DNA of 64,000 bases, from assembly GCA_951406725.2 (NCBI GenBank), contig OX597817.1, positions 132,804,001 to 132,868,000 of the forward strand. Reading direction: 5' to 3'. The translations under genes and the position numbers were made by a program. The stretch is from Octopus vulgaris. Its lineage: Eukaryota. Shown here one piece after another: positions 41,648-54,583 of the stretch. The notes under the pieces were generated by a model, which was not told the origin of the DNA, ran no database searches, and was given only the letters and a program-made list of their open reading frames with translations. Each line of letters opens with the position of its first letter. Within the stretch, counting starts at the first letter, position 1.

Positions 41648-41990
41648 ATGGAACAGAGATATTGCTTCACGTTTTGCCAAAAACTTGGTGATACTCAAGC
41701 TCATACCATCAAGCAGGCTTTTGGCGTTGATACCATCGCTGATTTCAGATCAAGAGTTGGTACAACCGCTTCACACATGGTCGCACCTCAGTGGAGAGCG
41801 AGGCACCCTCAGCCAGACCATCCACGAGCCGAAACGAAGATCCGATTGAGAAGGTTCGAAAGCCATTGTGCAATTATCCAGGAAATTGCAGCAGCATCTC
41901 CGCATGGAAATAGCTCGGAACATGCTGGACTATGCTAACCAAGACCAAGATTTCATAAAGACCATCATCATTGGTATTGAGACACAGGTT
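41648..41990 (+). mobile_element. mariner transposase N-terminal remnant
   Basis: MEQRYCFTFCQKLGDTQAHTIKQAFG resembles the mariner N-terminus; downstream ARNMLDYANQDQDFIKTIIIGIET resembles the region leading into the first catalytic motif. Confidence 0.65.
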
Positions 41991-43130
41991 TCTGATCTCA
42001 ATTCGATGCATTCGGTTATCTTGGGTGAAAACAAAAATCTGACAAGCGTACTGGTTGTCTGTACTCTTTAAATACCCTTCATGTTTGCTAGATTATCTTT
42101 GCGTCACACCAACGAGCCACTGGGGAGTCAGGTTGGTTACAATAAACTGTTTTCGGTTCTTATATATCTACCGTATCCCGATTGCAGTTCAATTTGCAAT
42201 ATTCTTTTATTTCACTGTCAGCTCTATGTGTTGTAACTAGCCATTTTCTGGCGTCCCACATTTTGATGTGCCTTGATTCTTAAGAAGTCGTTATAATCAA
42301 ATACACACACACATACACACAGACGCACACACACACTAATAAGTATATATACCCATACATTTTTCATTATATCTGTATTTTCCCACAATTCTTTCTTACA
42401 TTTTTCATCTTAAATTTTAAGTAGTTTATATCAGATTTATTACAAGATTATTAATTTTATGCTATATTTATGATTTGTTTTTTCCTAGGGCCCAATATAT
42501 ACTACTTGTCCTGATTTCTTGTATATATAAATACACACATGCACACATACATATACATTCATACACACATACATCCACACATACTTACATATATGCGTAG
42601 ATACACGCAAACGTATATATGTATAATATATAAATAAATATATATATATATACATACACACACATATATATAAATATATATACACACTCACACACACACA
42701 CACACACACATACACAGAGAAATATGCATATGCTATGTTGTTTTTCTTATTCTTATTGTTATTGTCTGTAAACTAATTTATTCTCAACACGAAACAAGTT
42801 CATTTGTCTAAAACAACGTTGAGACAAAATATATATTGGAAACTTTATATATGGCGGTGTTTAGACTAGACTCCTTTTATTAACTCCACCTAATGCTTTT
42901 GGTTCTACTGTCACATACATACACACTTCTGTATAGCTTATACACACACACACACACGCACACACACACACACACGCATACGCACACACATATGCACATA
43001 CACACACATACGCACATACACATAACGATAACCTTTCTGATAAAGTCTGCTATAATTACCTTCCTTATTCCTCATCATACACATATGATAAATTGTTGTC
43101 GAGGTAAATGCGTATAACATACACGCACAC

Positions 43131-43167
<37 letters not shown>

Positions 43168-43399
43168 TGCAGGTTTACATTCAATCGCACATACAAACAT
43201 ATATACATACGTTCTTGCATATATACATTAATACATACATGCAAACACGTACAAAATTACATACATGCATATATACGCACATACATACATACATACATAC
43301 ATACATACATACATACATACATACATACATACATACATACATACATACATACATACGAAGTGGTTTCTTCCTACAAGGTCATTTAATAGCAGCCAGAAG

Positions 43400-43585
43400 G
43401 CGTGGCTTGTTTTTTAACCACATGGTTCCGGGTTCAGTTCCACGTTGTTCCGGGTTCCCAACTACACGGTCTCGGGTTCAGCCCACCGCTGAGCAGCTTG
43501 GGCAAGTGTCTTCTATAGCTTCAGGCCGGCCAAAGCTTGTCAGCTGATTTGGCTGATAGAAACCGGAGGAAGCCTGTCGTATATA
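43400..43585 (+). mobile_element. SINE family A 5' half, rearranged
   Basis: AACCACATGGTTCCGGGTTCAG..CTTGGGCAAGTGTCTTCTATAGC..GAAGCCTGTCG. Confidence 0.7.
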
Positions 43586-43745
43586 TACTTTTCTCGCTGG
43601 ATTGCGCGTTTGTTTCTCCTTTAGCCATCTGTGATTTTATTTTTGATCTATATAAATGAAGATGTTTTCCACGTCTGGCTGCATTGCTCTCTACAAAATA
43701 GAAAATTACATTGTAGAACAGTCATTTAAACGAGTAGTATTTATT

Positions 43746-43852
43746 TATTACCCGATGAGATACATCTGCTCCACCGGATGCCCCTGAACCAGTTGTTGAG
43801 CGTCCCACCCTTAAGGAAACGATGCTTGATGTGTCGAAACAACTATTTAATT
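43746..43852 (+). ncRNA. Degenerate hammerhead with long helix II
   Basis: CCGATGA-gatacatc...gatgtgtc-GAAAC-AACT-ATT; 8-bp helix II, helices I and III decayed. Confidence 0.45.
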
Positions 43853-44221
43853 ATAAATTCTCGCATATTCCATCTTCTGTCTTTCATTTGCTATATATAT
43901 ATATCTTAATCCTAATTTCCTAATTTTCCCCGCCTATCAATGTTCACAGAACACCTCAGTACAACAAAGAATGAATAAAGAGGCAACTTTTATCAATAAA
44001 TATCTTCCCCCAACTCAATATGAATACATAACATAATACAGAACACTACTAACCTGTCACTTAATATCACTAACCTCCATACATCCCATACAACATTCAA
44101 TTTACAGATATATATCTACCCTAATTGCACCAAATCCAGAACTACTTACCTCCCTTACACATAATCTTTTTACTCAGGAACTAGTAGACTTGACACCGTC
44201 CATTAATCGGTGTGCATTCAA

Positions 44222-44256
44222 AGCAATGATTAGTAAATTTACGAAACCGGTATGCT
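44222..44256 (+). ncRNA. Minimal hammerhead, A3-U8 variant
   Basis: agca-ATGATTA-gta aatt tac-GAAAC-CG-GTA-tgct; downstream tail homologous to 49340-49500. Confidence 0.65.
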
Positions 44257-44429
44257 CTTAAATCTCTTTAACAATTCACAATAATGACTTTTATTACTTT
44301 TATTCCTACATCAGTTCATCTAATTGTATATATTTATCGTTACTTTTCATAAAAAGCCTTTACTTTTTTCAATGTGCATTTTCGCTTATTTTTCTTCTTA
44401 CTTTCCCCCTATATATATATATAAATCAA

Positions 44430-44617
44430 TCAAGGTAGAACATGCTAAAATAATTTTATAAAAAACATTTCAGTACTGTTTTCAGTCATTGAAACTTTAC
44501 TTTAATTTTTTCCAGAATTTAATTGTTTTCCATACTTACATTTGAAAAAGTCTCAATGACTGAAACCGGTACCGAAATGTTTCTTTTATAAAATTATTTT
44601 AGCATTTTATACCTTGA
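44430..44617. mobile_element. Inverted-repeat HHR element
   Basis: Arms 44430-44498 and 44547-44617; TTGAAAA-agtc tcaat gact-GAAAC-CG-GTA at 44542-44571 (helix I weak). Confidence 0.65.
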
Positions 44618-44664
44618 CTTTTTTCCCTATCTATCAACTCGTGTGTTCCTTTTCAACCTTCTAC

Positions 44665-44724
<60 letters not shown>

Positions 44725-44807
44725 CGAGAGATAATCATAATAATAATAATTATCATTATTGTTAATTATTATTATTATTACCATCATCATCATCATTATT
44801 ATTATTA

Positions 44808-45013
44808 CCATTGCCTTTGCGCAGCTTCTGACGCTGGAGATGTACTGTGGTGTCAGCTGTTCACTACCAGTGAACTAAGGTAACACCCCTTATTTTTCGA
44901 GCACCTTCCGGAGTATTCTAGCGGTTCCAAGCAATGCTGTTTTCTGCAAGTGCTCCACCCTTATTGCAGCCACTATTTGTTCTACGTACTTCTCGAGATT
45001 TTTGTTCACTGTT
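44808..45013 (-). mobile_element. REL-endonuclease LINE 3' terminus fragment
   Basis: Minus-strand translation TVNKNLEKYVEQIVAAIRVEHLQKTALLGTARILRKVLEK*; next to (ATT)n. Confidence 0.75.
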
Positions 45014-45201
45014 CTTACCTTTTTCATCGAAAACAACTGCTTAACTTCCCAAGGTAACCTGTCATATCGCTACTTTTCTTACTTCCTTATTGCATATCTT
45101 GTTGTCAGCTGAGCATGCTATATCTCTGATCCAGCGTAGTTTGTTTTCTGTCTTAATTAAAACTGTCTGGCTTCCTATTCTCTATCTCATGGTCGCACTT
45201 A

Positions 45202-45267
<66 letters not shown>

Positions 45268-45292
45268 CATTATTATTATTATCATTATTATT

Positions 45293-46215
45293 CAGTAGTC
45301 TAATTTTTTTCCCGTGCTTTCACTACACTACTGAGCGCAGCTCTGTGTGCTTTGGGTATGTACTGTGGTTTGTTGAGATGCTCTTATTTTTACTGTATTG
45401 AAAGTGTTTTAAGTAGGTTGTGTGCAGTGCCTAGTAGTGCTATTTTATGTATGATATATATTTGTTAGTCCTAACGTTTTTGTTTCATATTTGTCTGAAT
45501 ATTTTTCTACCATATTTAATGTGCTTACTATCATAGGAATTGTTTCTGTTTTTAGGCTCTACATATGAGTTACCTCTATTTCCAGATCTTTGTATTTTGA
45601 TAGTTACTCCATTTCTTTTAGTGAAATGTTGTCATCGATTAAAAAGCATTTTTTTCTTCATGATCTCTGAGAACTATATCTGGCCTGTTGTCCTTAATTT
45701 CTCTATATGTGTGCATTGACATATCCCATAGTAGGGTTGCTTTCTCGTTTTCCGTGACTTTTTCTGGCGTATGCTTATACCATCTTTTTTCTGTTGTTAT
45801 TCCATAATGTTGGCATAGCTTCCAGTGTATGTAGGTCCCAACTCTGTCGTGTCGGTGAATATATTCCTTCTTAGCCAGGACTGGGCAGCCAGAGATAACA
45901 TGATTTATTGTTTGTTGACCATCTCCACATATTCTGCAGTTACTTGTTTTATTTTTTTTCATTATATTTTTTTGGTAATTTCTGGTAGGGAGGCTTTGGT
46001 CTTGTGCTGCAATAAAAAAGATCCTTCCGTCTCTGCTTCGAATCCTGAGCTTCTCAGCCATTGCTGGAATTTTGCTTTATCTGTTCCTTTCGCGTTTAGT
46101 TTAACTCAGTACTTGCCATGAAGGGTTTTTCTTGCCATCGTTTTATCATGGTCCGCTGCCGTTCTAGTTTTAGTTTTGATTTCATTTGTTTTATAGCTTT
46201 TGATGTTTCTTTTTC
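45293..46215 (-). mobile_element. R4/Dong-type LINE 3' part, frameshifted
   Basis: AAQDQSLPTRNY..CRICGDGQQTINHVISGC..RHDRVG..RPDIVLRD; (TAA)n at the 3' end. Confidence 0.85.
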
Positions 46216-46400
46216 TTCATAGTTGTTAGGTAGTATGACTTCTCGTTTGTATCATCATCATCATCCTCATCATCATTGAGTGACAGAGCAGTGCATACCA
46301 TCAGAGTGACACTGGGGCAAATTATACGAAGCCCAGTATACCCATCATGACTACCCGTCTGATAAGTGTACACTAGGCACCTTATGATTATTATTATTAC

Positions 46401-46471
<71 letters not shown>

Positions 46472-46476
<5 letters not shown>

Positions 46477-47003
46477 TAGTTTTATTTTTATAGCGTGCTT
46501 TCATTTCACTACCGAGCGCAGCTCTGTGTGCCTTGGGTATGTGCTGTGATTTGTTGTGATGCTCTGATGGTTATTGTATGGAAAGTGTTCTGCGTAGGAT
46601 GTGTGCAGTGCCTAGTAGTGCAATTTTCTGTATGTTATATGTGTTTGTAAGTCCTGGTGTTTTTGTTATGTATTTGTCTGAATATTTTTTTATCATGCCT
46701 AATGCACCCACTATGATAGGAATTGTTTCTGTTTTCAGATTGCACATTCTAGTTACCTCTATTTCCAGGTCTTTGTATTTTGAGAGTTTCTCCATTTCTT
46801 TTAGAGACACGTTGTCATCTGCCGGTATTGATACATCAATTAGAAAGCATTTTTTTCTTTATGATCTCTGACAACTATATCTGGTCTGTTGGCCTTAATT
46901 TCTCTATCTGTGTGTATCGGCATATCCCAGAGTATGGTTGCTTTCTCGTTTTCTGTGACCTTTTCTGGTGTGTGCCTATACCATCTTTTTTCTGTTGTTA
47001 TTC

Positions 47004-47004
<1 letters not shown>
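46472..47004 (-). mobile_element. R4/Dong-type LINE 3' fragment
   Basis: EKLSKYKDLEIEVTRM..IPIIVGALG..IQKIALLGTAHILRRTLS; 3' UTR shared with the 45293 copy; (TAA)n on both sides. Confidence 0.85.
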
Positions 47005-47069
<65 letters not shown>

Positions 47070-47100
47070 CATTATTATTATTTTATTATTATTATTATTA

Positions 47101-47130
<30 letters not shown>

Positions 47131-47135
<5 letters not shown>

Positions 47136-47329
47136 CCTTGAGTTTGGATGTAGACTACACTGTGACTGTTATAAAGCTACAAAACAAAATCAGTAACAAA
47201 CATGCAACAAACTTTTATCTCTTCTCAGAGACCTCTACGATTGCCTTCACAAATACGACTGCCCATACCACACTATGTCGCACTGTCAATTCACTTGCTA
47301 TCCCACAGGGGTGTCAGGATTTCACCCTA
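47131..47329 (-). mobile_element. Probable solo LTR of the Gypsy element at 52690-54069
   Basis: TATATCCTTGAGTTTGGA(T/C)GTAGACTACACTGT...CACAGGGGTGTCAGGATTTCACC is shared with 53918-54069. Confidence 0.6.
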
Positions 47330-47383
47330 ATATCTTCCCTTTTTGAGCTTGAGTTTCCTTGGAAGTCAATATTTTTTATTTTA

Positions 47384-47640
47384 TCTCAATATATATAAAA
47401 CTGAGAATGTGTGTCTGTCTGTCTGTGTGTTTCCCTAAAACTTGAGAACTACACAACCAATTTCATTCAAATTTTACGCATGCCTTACTTAAGGCCCGGG
47501 GAGTGTCATCAGCAAAAACTTTTTCCCTAGGGCGACCCCACAGCAATATATCTTCTCCACTATTTCAGTATTACTTGTTAAAAGTGAAACAAAAACATCT
47601 CTCTATTGTAATGCAGACATTCACTTTACTACTGAAACTA
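47384..47640 (+). mobile_element. Non-autonomous Helitron 5' part
   Basis: TC..TATATAAAACTGAGAATGTGTGTCTGTCTGTCTG..AACTACACAACCAATTTCATTCAAATTT; no 3' CTAG end found. Confidence 0.5.
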
Positions 47641-48448
47641 TTAAATTGAAAGAATTATATAACAGGGATGAACCATTAACAGTGGTCATCCATTTTGCTA
47701 GAAGAAGATCCGCTATGGTCTTATATGCTACACCACTGGTTTTCAATTCATATTAATCAAATTAATATTCAATTGTTCACCCTTATTATGTGTGTGTGTG
47801 TATTAGCAATTCGTATAAAATTGCATCAATGCCTTGAACTTGAATAACTGGTTTCACATAAATGTGGATAAATTAAAAAGGTTTGTTGTTATGATTATTA
47901 TTACTGTTTGACTATTGTAATCATATTTGTTGGTTCCTCGACAGGGAAACGTTATTGTGTTGCATTTGTTAAATAATTGTAAACCGTAACCCTCCCCTTT
48001 TCGGAGAAGGGGCTTTGGTTATTGTTTAAAAATTGAATTGTGACCTTGTTTGGGGAAATTGACAATATTTTCACCGTCTTTACGGAAGCATTTTTGCTAA
48101 AATGCCTTCGATAGAAGACAGTCCAAAAATGAATTTTGCTGCAGCTGTACACTTCTATACAAGATCCAATTGATCGAAATTGCAAGAGACGGGCCTACAA
48201 TTCCAATCTGTTATATATTTTGAGTATTGTTATCACTAGCGACATCAAGATATAACTTGGACTCCACCTGTACCTGCTTGGAATGATTCATTCCTGAGAG
48301 TATGAGACCTTCGGGCCATTTGACGTTGGGGAAGTTGAAATCACCCATAAGAAATATGGTCACGTGGTGTTCCAGATTCATGAGGATTTTTTAAATTCTT
48401 GTGAGGCAATCTTCAAACTTGCCTATGTGATTTGGAGCATCCGGTGGT

Positions 48449-48489
<41 letters not shown>

Positions 48490-49012
48490 AAGTTATGCAT
48501 TAAAGATGTTTATTCGGTTTCACTTGAAAAGATTGTCAAAAGTACATTTAAGAAACATTGAATAATATGCAAAAGTTTACATAATTGTCACATTGAATAT
48601 TATGCATATACATAATATGATAAAATTCAAATGTTTATAATTGTCACATTATTTGGGAAAATTTGGCAGAAAAGGATAAAACAAATATATTATTGGGAAT
48701 TGGTTGCGTTAATTATTGGTTGTCGCAAATTGTCACATTACATGTATATATATACAATCTTTGGTATATATATATACAGCGTTTTTTTTGGGGTTATCAG
48801 GAGGTTAGTATGCGGGTGTGAATAGATGTGTCCGTGCCTGCTGGTCAGACAGCGTCTGTTTGTCACACACATATATATACACACAAACACACACACAACA
48901 CACACAAACACACACACACATAGTATACAAACACACACCACATACAAACAACACACACACACACAGACACACACACACCCACAACGCACCCACATTAACA
49001 CACATACACACA

Positions 49013-49053
<41 letters not shown>

Positions 49054-49108
49054 GACATACATACATATATATCTGTTGTGTTGTTTGTATGTGGTGTGTG
49101 TTTGTATA

Positions 49109-49290
<182 letters not shown>

Positions 49291-49536
49291 CGATGAATAA
49301 CTTTGCGTAAACCATTGGTTCGTTTTGTTCTCTTACCTTATTATCATCTTATAATCATCTCATAATAATGACTTTTATAACTCGTATTACTACCTCAGTC
49401 AATCTAAATGTATATATTTTTCGTTACCTGTCATAAATAGCCTTTTTCTATTTGCAATATGCATTTTCGTTGATTTTTCATATTTTACCCTTACATTTCC
49501 ACGTGTATTTTATATTTTCTTTTCGTAACATATTTC

Positions 49537-49634
<98 letters not shown>

Positions 49635-50160
49635 TAAAGGACTGACCACTAAAAGTGGACGGTCAATATGCTAGATATAGACGTCAAAATAGCTATTTTC
49701 CACGAAGAATGTGTTCTCAAGAAAAAACTCAGCACAAAACCAAACTGTACAAAATAAGTAAGACAAATGAAAATATATACAATTTTCAATATACGATTAC
49801 CTATGTACCGATCAGTTTCACTTGTTAATATTCACGCATATGTATACGTGAAAATCTGCAAGCTCATCAGCATAGTCTGTCGTTTACAAACATAATTTCC
49901 GAAACTAGATACGAAAAAGCATGACCAAGTCCCGCATGCATAGAGTTCAACAAATTATATCTATGTGTATCCTTCAAATGCCTTCACTTTGGCGCACTGA
50001 GATCGGAAATCTATCCTGCAGTTAATAAACTGCAGCAGTCAATTTACCGGTTAGAGAACATTTTTTTATTATTTAAAATTGAATAAGGGTAGAAATTCAT
50101 GTTAATCAAGTAAAACCAGTGGCCTGGCATATTAAAAAATCCGAAGATTAAAATATTTTT
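49635..50160 (-). mobile_element. HHR module adjoining long (TA)n (homolog of 39610-40199)
   Basis: Shared blocks ATATGCTAGA..AAGAATG(TG)TTCTC..AAAA(T/C)TCAGC and AAAACCAGT(A/G)GCCT(A/G)GCAT. Confidence 0.65.
49801..49875 (-). ncRNA. Type I hammerhead ribozyme, canonical core
   Basis: Minus strand: ctatg-CTGATGA-gcttg...caagt-GAAAC-tGATCg-GTA-catag; internal ttcacg..cgtgaa hairpin extends helix II. Confidence 0.87.
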
Positions 50161-50189
50161 TACATACACGGGTGTGTGTGTGAAGGCGC

Positions 50190-51072
50190 TCAATTTGAGA
50201 TATTAATTTGTCTCTCAATATGTTTACATAAGTCTCATCCGTTACATGTTCAATGAAGAAGGGTCCTAGAACATGAGCTTTCCACAAACCACATCACGCC
50301 ATCACCTTTTTGCTGCCTTGCTGTTTGGATGGATCCATCCACTGTGGATTACCTCGGGGCCAGTATAGAAGATTCTGTCTGTTGACCTCACCATTTACAC
50401 AAAACGTAGCTTTGTCACTGAACAACAAAGGTTTTCGTAAAATTGATATTTTCATCCAATTTATCTGAAAACCATTCGCACGTCTACATTCGTCTATCAG
50501 GGTCGTCTTCATTTAAGTGATGCAATATCTCTAGGTTTAATCGATGAAACTTTTCCTCAACCAGCATTTCGTGGATGGTTGGTTTTGGAACACCTAACAC
50601 CGTGGATGTCCGACGAAGTGATTTCTTTGGGCTAGCAGAAACTTTAGCCATGACAGCCTCTTTCGTTTCATCTGAAGTCTTTGGTCGCCCGGAACGGGGT
50701 ATATCCAAAACACTGCCTGTTTCTTTAAATTTCTTGATCAATTTCCCGACGGCAGTAAAAAAAATTGGTTACCTATAAGGGTGTCGAAGATTAAATTCTT
50801 CCGCAATTTTGCAATAAGACCATCCCTCTCGTCCACTTAATAATACTAACTCGATTCTTTCTTCTTTAGACAGATCCATCATTCGATCTGGGATTCTTTC
50901 TTCTTTAGACAGAGCCACCATTCGATTATCTGTAGAAAAAATAACAAATAAATTTAGAAAAGTAAAGTATTTTTTATTTAATTTAAACAAAAGTAAAAAA
51001 GGAAAATTATTATTTCTTATATTTGTTTATGTTATGATTTTATTCCATGTACCCAGACTTCTTGGACACCCT
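50190..51072 (-). mobile_element. Tc1-like transposon remnant
   Basis: LSKEERIELVLL.., IKKFKETGSVLDIPRSGRPKT..SPKKSLRR, LLFSDKATFCVNGEVNRQN; terminus AGGGTGTCCAAGAAGTCTGGGTACA. Confidence 0.85.
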
Positions 51073-51129
51073 AAAATTGCTTTGATTAAAACCCTTTCAA
51101 CATGGAAGTATCTAAGGAGCATTTAAGAC

Positions 51130-51665
51130 ACATATAATTCTTTATGAGTACAATAAAGGTAACTCTGCAGCTGAAGTGACTCGAAACATACACTCAGTTT
51201 ATAGGAAAGTGCTTGAATGAAAGAACTTGCAGGAGATCGTTTGCAAAATTGAAGATGAATATCGAGCAGGACGTCCAGTTGAGTTTGATGATAAGCTCCT
51301 TGAGGCATTACTTGAGGAAAATCCGTCATTATCAGTTGAAGAATTGGCAGTAAAGCTTACTTCAAACCATACAACAGTTCATCGTTATCTTCAACAACGT
51401 TGAAAGATTCCTAAACTTGGAAAATAGATTCCTCATGTATTGTCCGAAAGCAACCGCAAATCCCGAGTTGACATCTGCTCTCCTCTCCATTCTCGCAAAC
51501 TCATTTCACCCTTTTTCGATAGACTTGTGACGAAAAATGGATTTTCTATCGAAAAAAGAGTCGCTTTAGCGAGTCGAAAACGAATGATGTTTCATCAGGA
51601 CAATGCGCAACCCCACACTGCAAAGATCACATCACAGAAGATCGAAGAGGTCGGTTTGGAAAGTT
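51130..51665 (+). mobile_element. mariner transposase remnant
   Basis: RAGRPVEFDDKLLEALLEENP..IPHVLSESNRKSRVDIC..FHQDNAQPHTA (WVPHEL- and HDNA-like motifs). Confidence 0.8.
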
Positions 51666-51667
51666 CA

Positions 51668-52670
51668 TCGTGCTCCAAAAAATCGGATGCCCACCAAAGC
51701 TGCTGAGGATCATCACATCTTTCCATGATGATATGCAAGGCACCATACAGCACAATAGTTCAACATCAGCCGCCTTCCAAATAAAAAATGAGGTAAAGCA
51801 AGGTTGTGTCCTTGCGCCTACATTATTTGGCATCTTCTCGCTGCTGCTGTCTCATGCCTTTGTGACATCAGATGATGGAGTGTTTCTGCACAGTAGAAGT
51901 GATGGGAAACTGTTCAATCTCTCGCGTCTGCGTGCCAAGACCAAAATCAGAAGCGTCCTGATCAAGGAGATGCTATTTGCTGATGATGCCGCTCTGGTAT
52001 CACACACAGAAGAAGCCCTACAAAGGCTCATCAACTGTTTTGAGCAAGCATGTGGCAACTGTGGCTTATTTATCAGCCTCAAGACGACCAACATCATGGG
52101 TCAGGCTACATCGACCATCCCAAACATACATATTGGAGACCACAGACTACAGGAGGTGGAGAAGTTTACCTATCTTGACTCTACCGTCACCTACAACCTA
52201 TTCCTTGATACTGAGCTCAATATACGCATTGGCAAGGCAGCTGTTGTGATGGCCCAACTCTCCAAACGGGCATGGGACAACAATAAGCTGACCAAGACCA
52301 CAAAAATGATTTACCAGGCATGTGTACTTAGCACTCTACTGTATGGAAGTGAGACTTGGACGCCATACACACGCCATACGACGCCATACGTCGCCTAAAT
52401 ATCTTTCACCTGCGCTGCCTCCGGAAAATCCTTCGCATCAAATGGCAGAATCATGTCCTCAAGCAAGCAGGAATACCAAGCATGCTTACACTCCTCACAC
52501 AAAGACGTATGAGATGGCTTCGACATGTTAGCCGTATGGAAGATGGCAGAATCCCCATGAACATACTCAACGGAGAGCTTGCTAGGGGCACTAGGACTGT
52601 GGGAAGACCGTTCTTACGATACAAGGATGTTTGCAAAAGGGACATGAATGCCTGCAACATCAATATTACC
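51668..52670 (+). mobile_element. RTE-clade LINE reverse transcriptase fragment, frameshifted
   Basis: VKQGCVLAPTLF, MLFADD, LLYGSETW, FHLRCLRKIL, RRMRWLRHVSRMEDGRIP, GRPFLRYKD. Confidence 0.92.
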
Positions 52671-52689
52671 AACATTCTCCCTCTGCGTG

Positions 52690-54069
52690 TAACTGTAAAT
52701 ACGCCTCCGACAAGTCCAAGTTTTAAAAAAATTAATTTCCTCCATTGAGTTTCGCAAAAATTTCCTCCGGACTTGGTAATGGGTAATTGTATGTCATCAA
52801 ACATTCATTCGAACCTGTTCAAAAGTCAGCGAATACTCGTACATTTCTTCCTTTACATAAACAGTTGGTGATGCCCATTCTGAATAATCAGATTTTTCTA
52901 GATCTCCAAGCTTTTTAAGTCTGTCCAATTCCTCGTTGACTTGATTCAACGCCGCAAAAGGAACAACTTGCTTCGGTTTAAATAACGGTACTGCGTTTTC
53001 TTTCCTTTGAAATTTTACTTTTGTCTTGGTGCACCTACCTAATTCTTCAGAAAAAACATCAGGAAATTTTTTTTTTTAATTTCTTTTTTAAATCCTTCGA
53101 CGCCTTATTTGAACTGGCGTAAGTGCTGTTTACATTATTACAAAAGTATTTGTAGGGAGGTCCCATAAATTAAATGGTTCCATCCAGTCTGTGCCAAATA
53201 GGTTTGTCGTATTTTTGAATACAAACAATTTTGGCTTTCAAAGTTTTTCTATGAAATGTCACCTCACTTATCATTTCGCCCCAAAATCGCAATTGTTTCC
53301 CTGAAATACCTCGCGCAATTTTCAAAGTTTTTTTAATGTAGGTTTTCCTATTTTTCTCCATGTATCATCGTTAATTACGTAATATTTTCTTTTTGTGCCT
53401 TGCTTTGAATTTGTGTTGACAATACTTTTATTCTCGATTTTTTCCTTTCGACCTTTTTGTTACACCTAACAATGTGAAATCTTATGTCCGATTTTTCTCC
53501 ATCCACAACATTTTAGGCGTTTAAAAGGAAACGTTCTATTAAAATGCATTTCTCCACGCCCATAACATGGTTTGGGTTTTGACTGTTGTTTTCCTTTTTC
53601 CTTATCTGTTACAGGTCGACACATATTTGAATAATTTTTCTCAATTTTTCTGCCTCCAGTCGTGAATTTATAATCCTATGACATTCTTCAATTGAATTAG
53701 CAACCCCGTCTGCCAAAAACGATCCTGAAGTATTTATGAACTGTTGATTTTGCTGTTGTTATTGTTGTTGTACTTGCTGTTCTAGCTGTTGTTTCTGTTT
53801 CTGTTGTTCTTGTTATAATTGTTATTGTAGTTGCTGTTGCAACTGAACCACGGAAGCTGATAGGTCTTCCATGCTAAGAACGTCCACAATGAGCTTCGAA
53901 TGTCCCGTCGCCCCTCTTATATCCTTGAGTTTGGACGTAGACTACACTGTAACAGTGTTATAACACTACAAAAACTAAATCAGTAACAAACACGTAACAA
54001 ACTTATATCCTTTATAAGGTTTAAGACAGTACACTTGCTATACCACAGGGGTGTCAGGATTTCACCACA
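52690..54069 (-). mobile_element. Gypsy/Ty3 LTR retrotransposon remnant (5' LTR, PBS-like site, decayed protease and RT start)
   Basis: LTR-like 53918-54069 starts TGTGGTG on the minus strand and is followed by GGCGACG; pol-like AVPLFKPKQVVPFAALNQVNEELDRLKKLG..SEWASPTVYV. Confidence 0.7.
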
Positions 54070-54098
54070 ACATATTCTTTGGACTTTTCCCTTTCTCC

Positions 54099-54131
54099 TT
54101 TCCGACGAAGAGCTATGCTCGAAACGTCAAA
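54099..54131 (+). ncRNA. Minimal hammerhead-like motif (family H2, U4C)
   Basis: ttt-CCGACGAA-gagc tat gctc-GAAAC-GTC-aaa; loopless palindromic ACGT helix III. Confidence 0.55.
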
Positions 54132-54300
54132 CTCTCTCCTTTAACCGAGCGTCAAGCTAATACACATTTTGTGCACCACTTCTCATATTCGTTGTTTTTC
54201 TGTTTTTCGTTTTTTACTCGTATATTTGAATTGAATATATATATATATATACTTTGGGACGGTCATATTTTGTCAGTTAAACACACGCACTATATATTTG

Positions 54301-54362
<62 letters not shown>

Positions 54363-54544
54363 CTGATTGTTTGATGTAGCAAACCAAGTTCACTCAACCA
54401 CTGAGTGCTTTGTAGATATCTGCTTGCATTTATGAATCCATTTTACCTATTATTATACATATTTGTATTGTGTGTTTATGTATGTATCTATCTATATACA
54501 CACACATATATATACACATGTATAAATATATTTATATATATATA

Positions 54545-54583
<39 letters not shown>

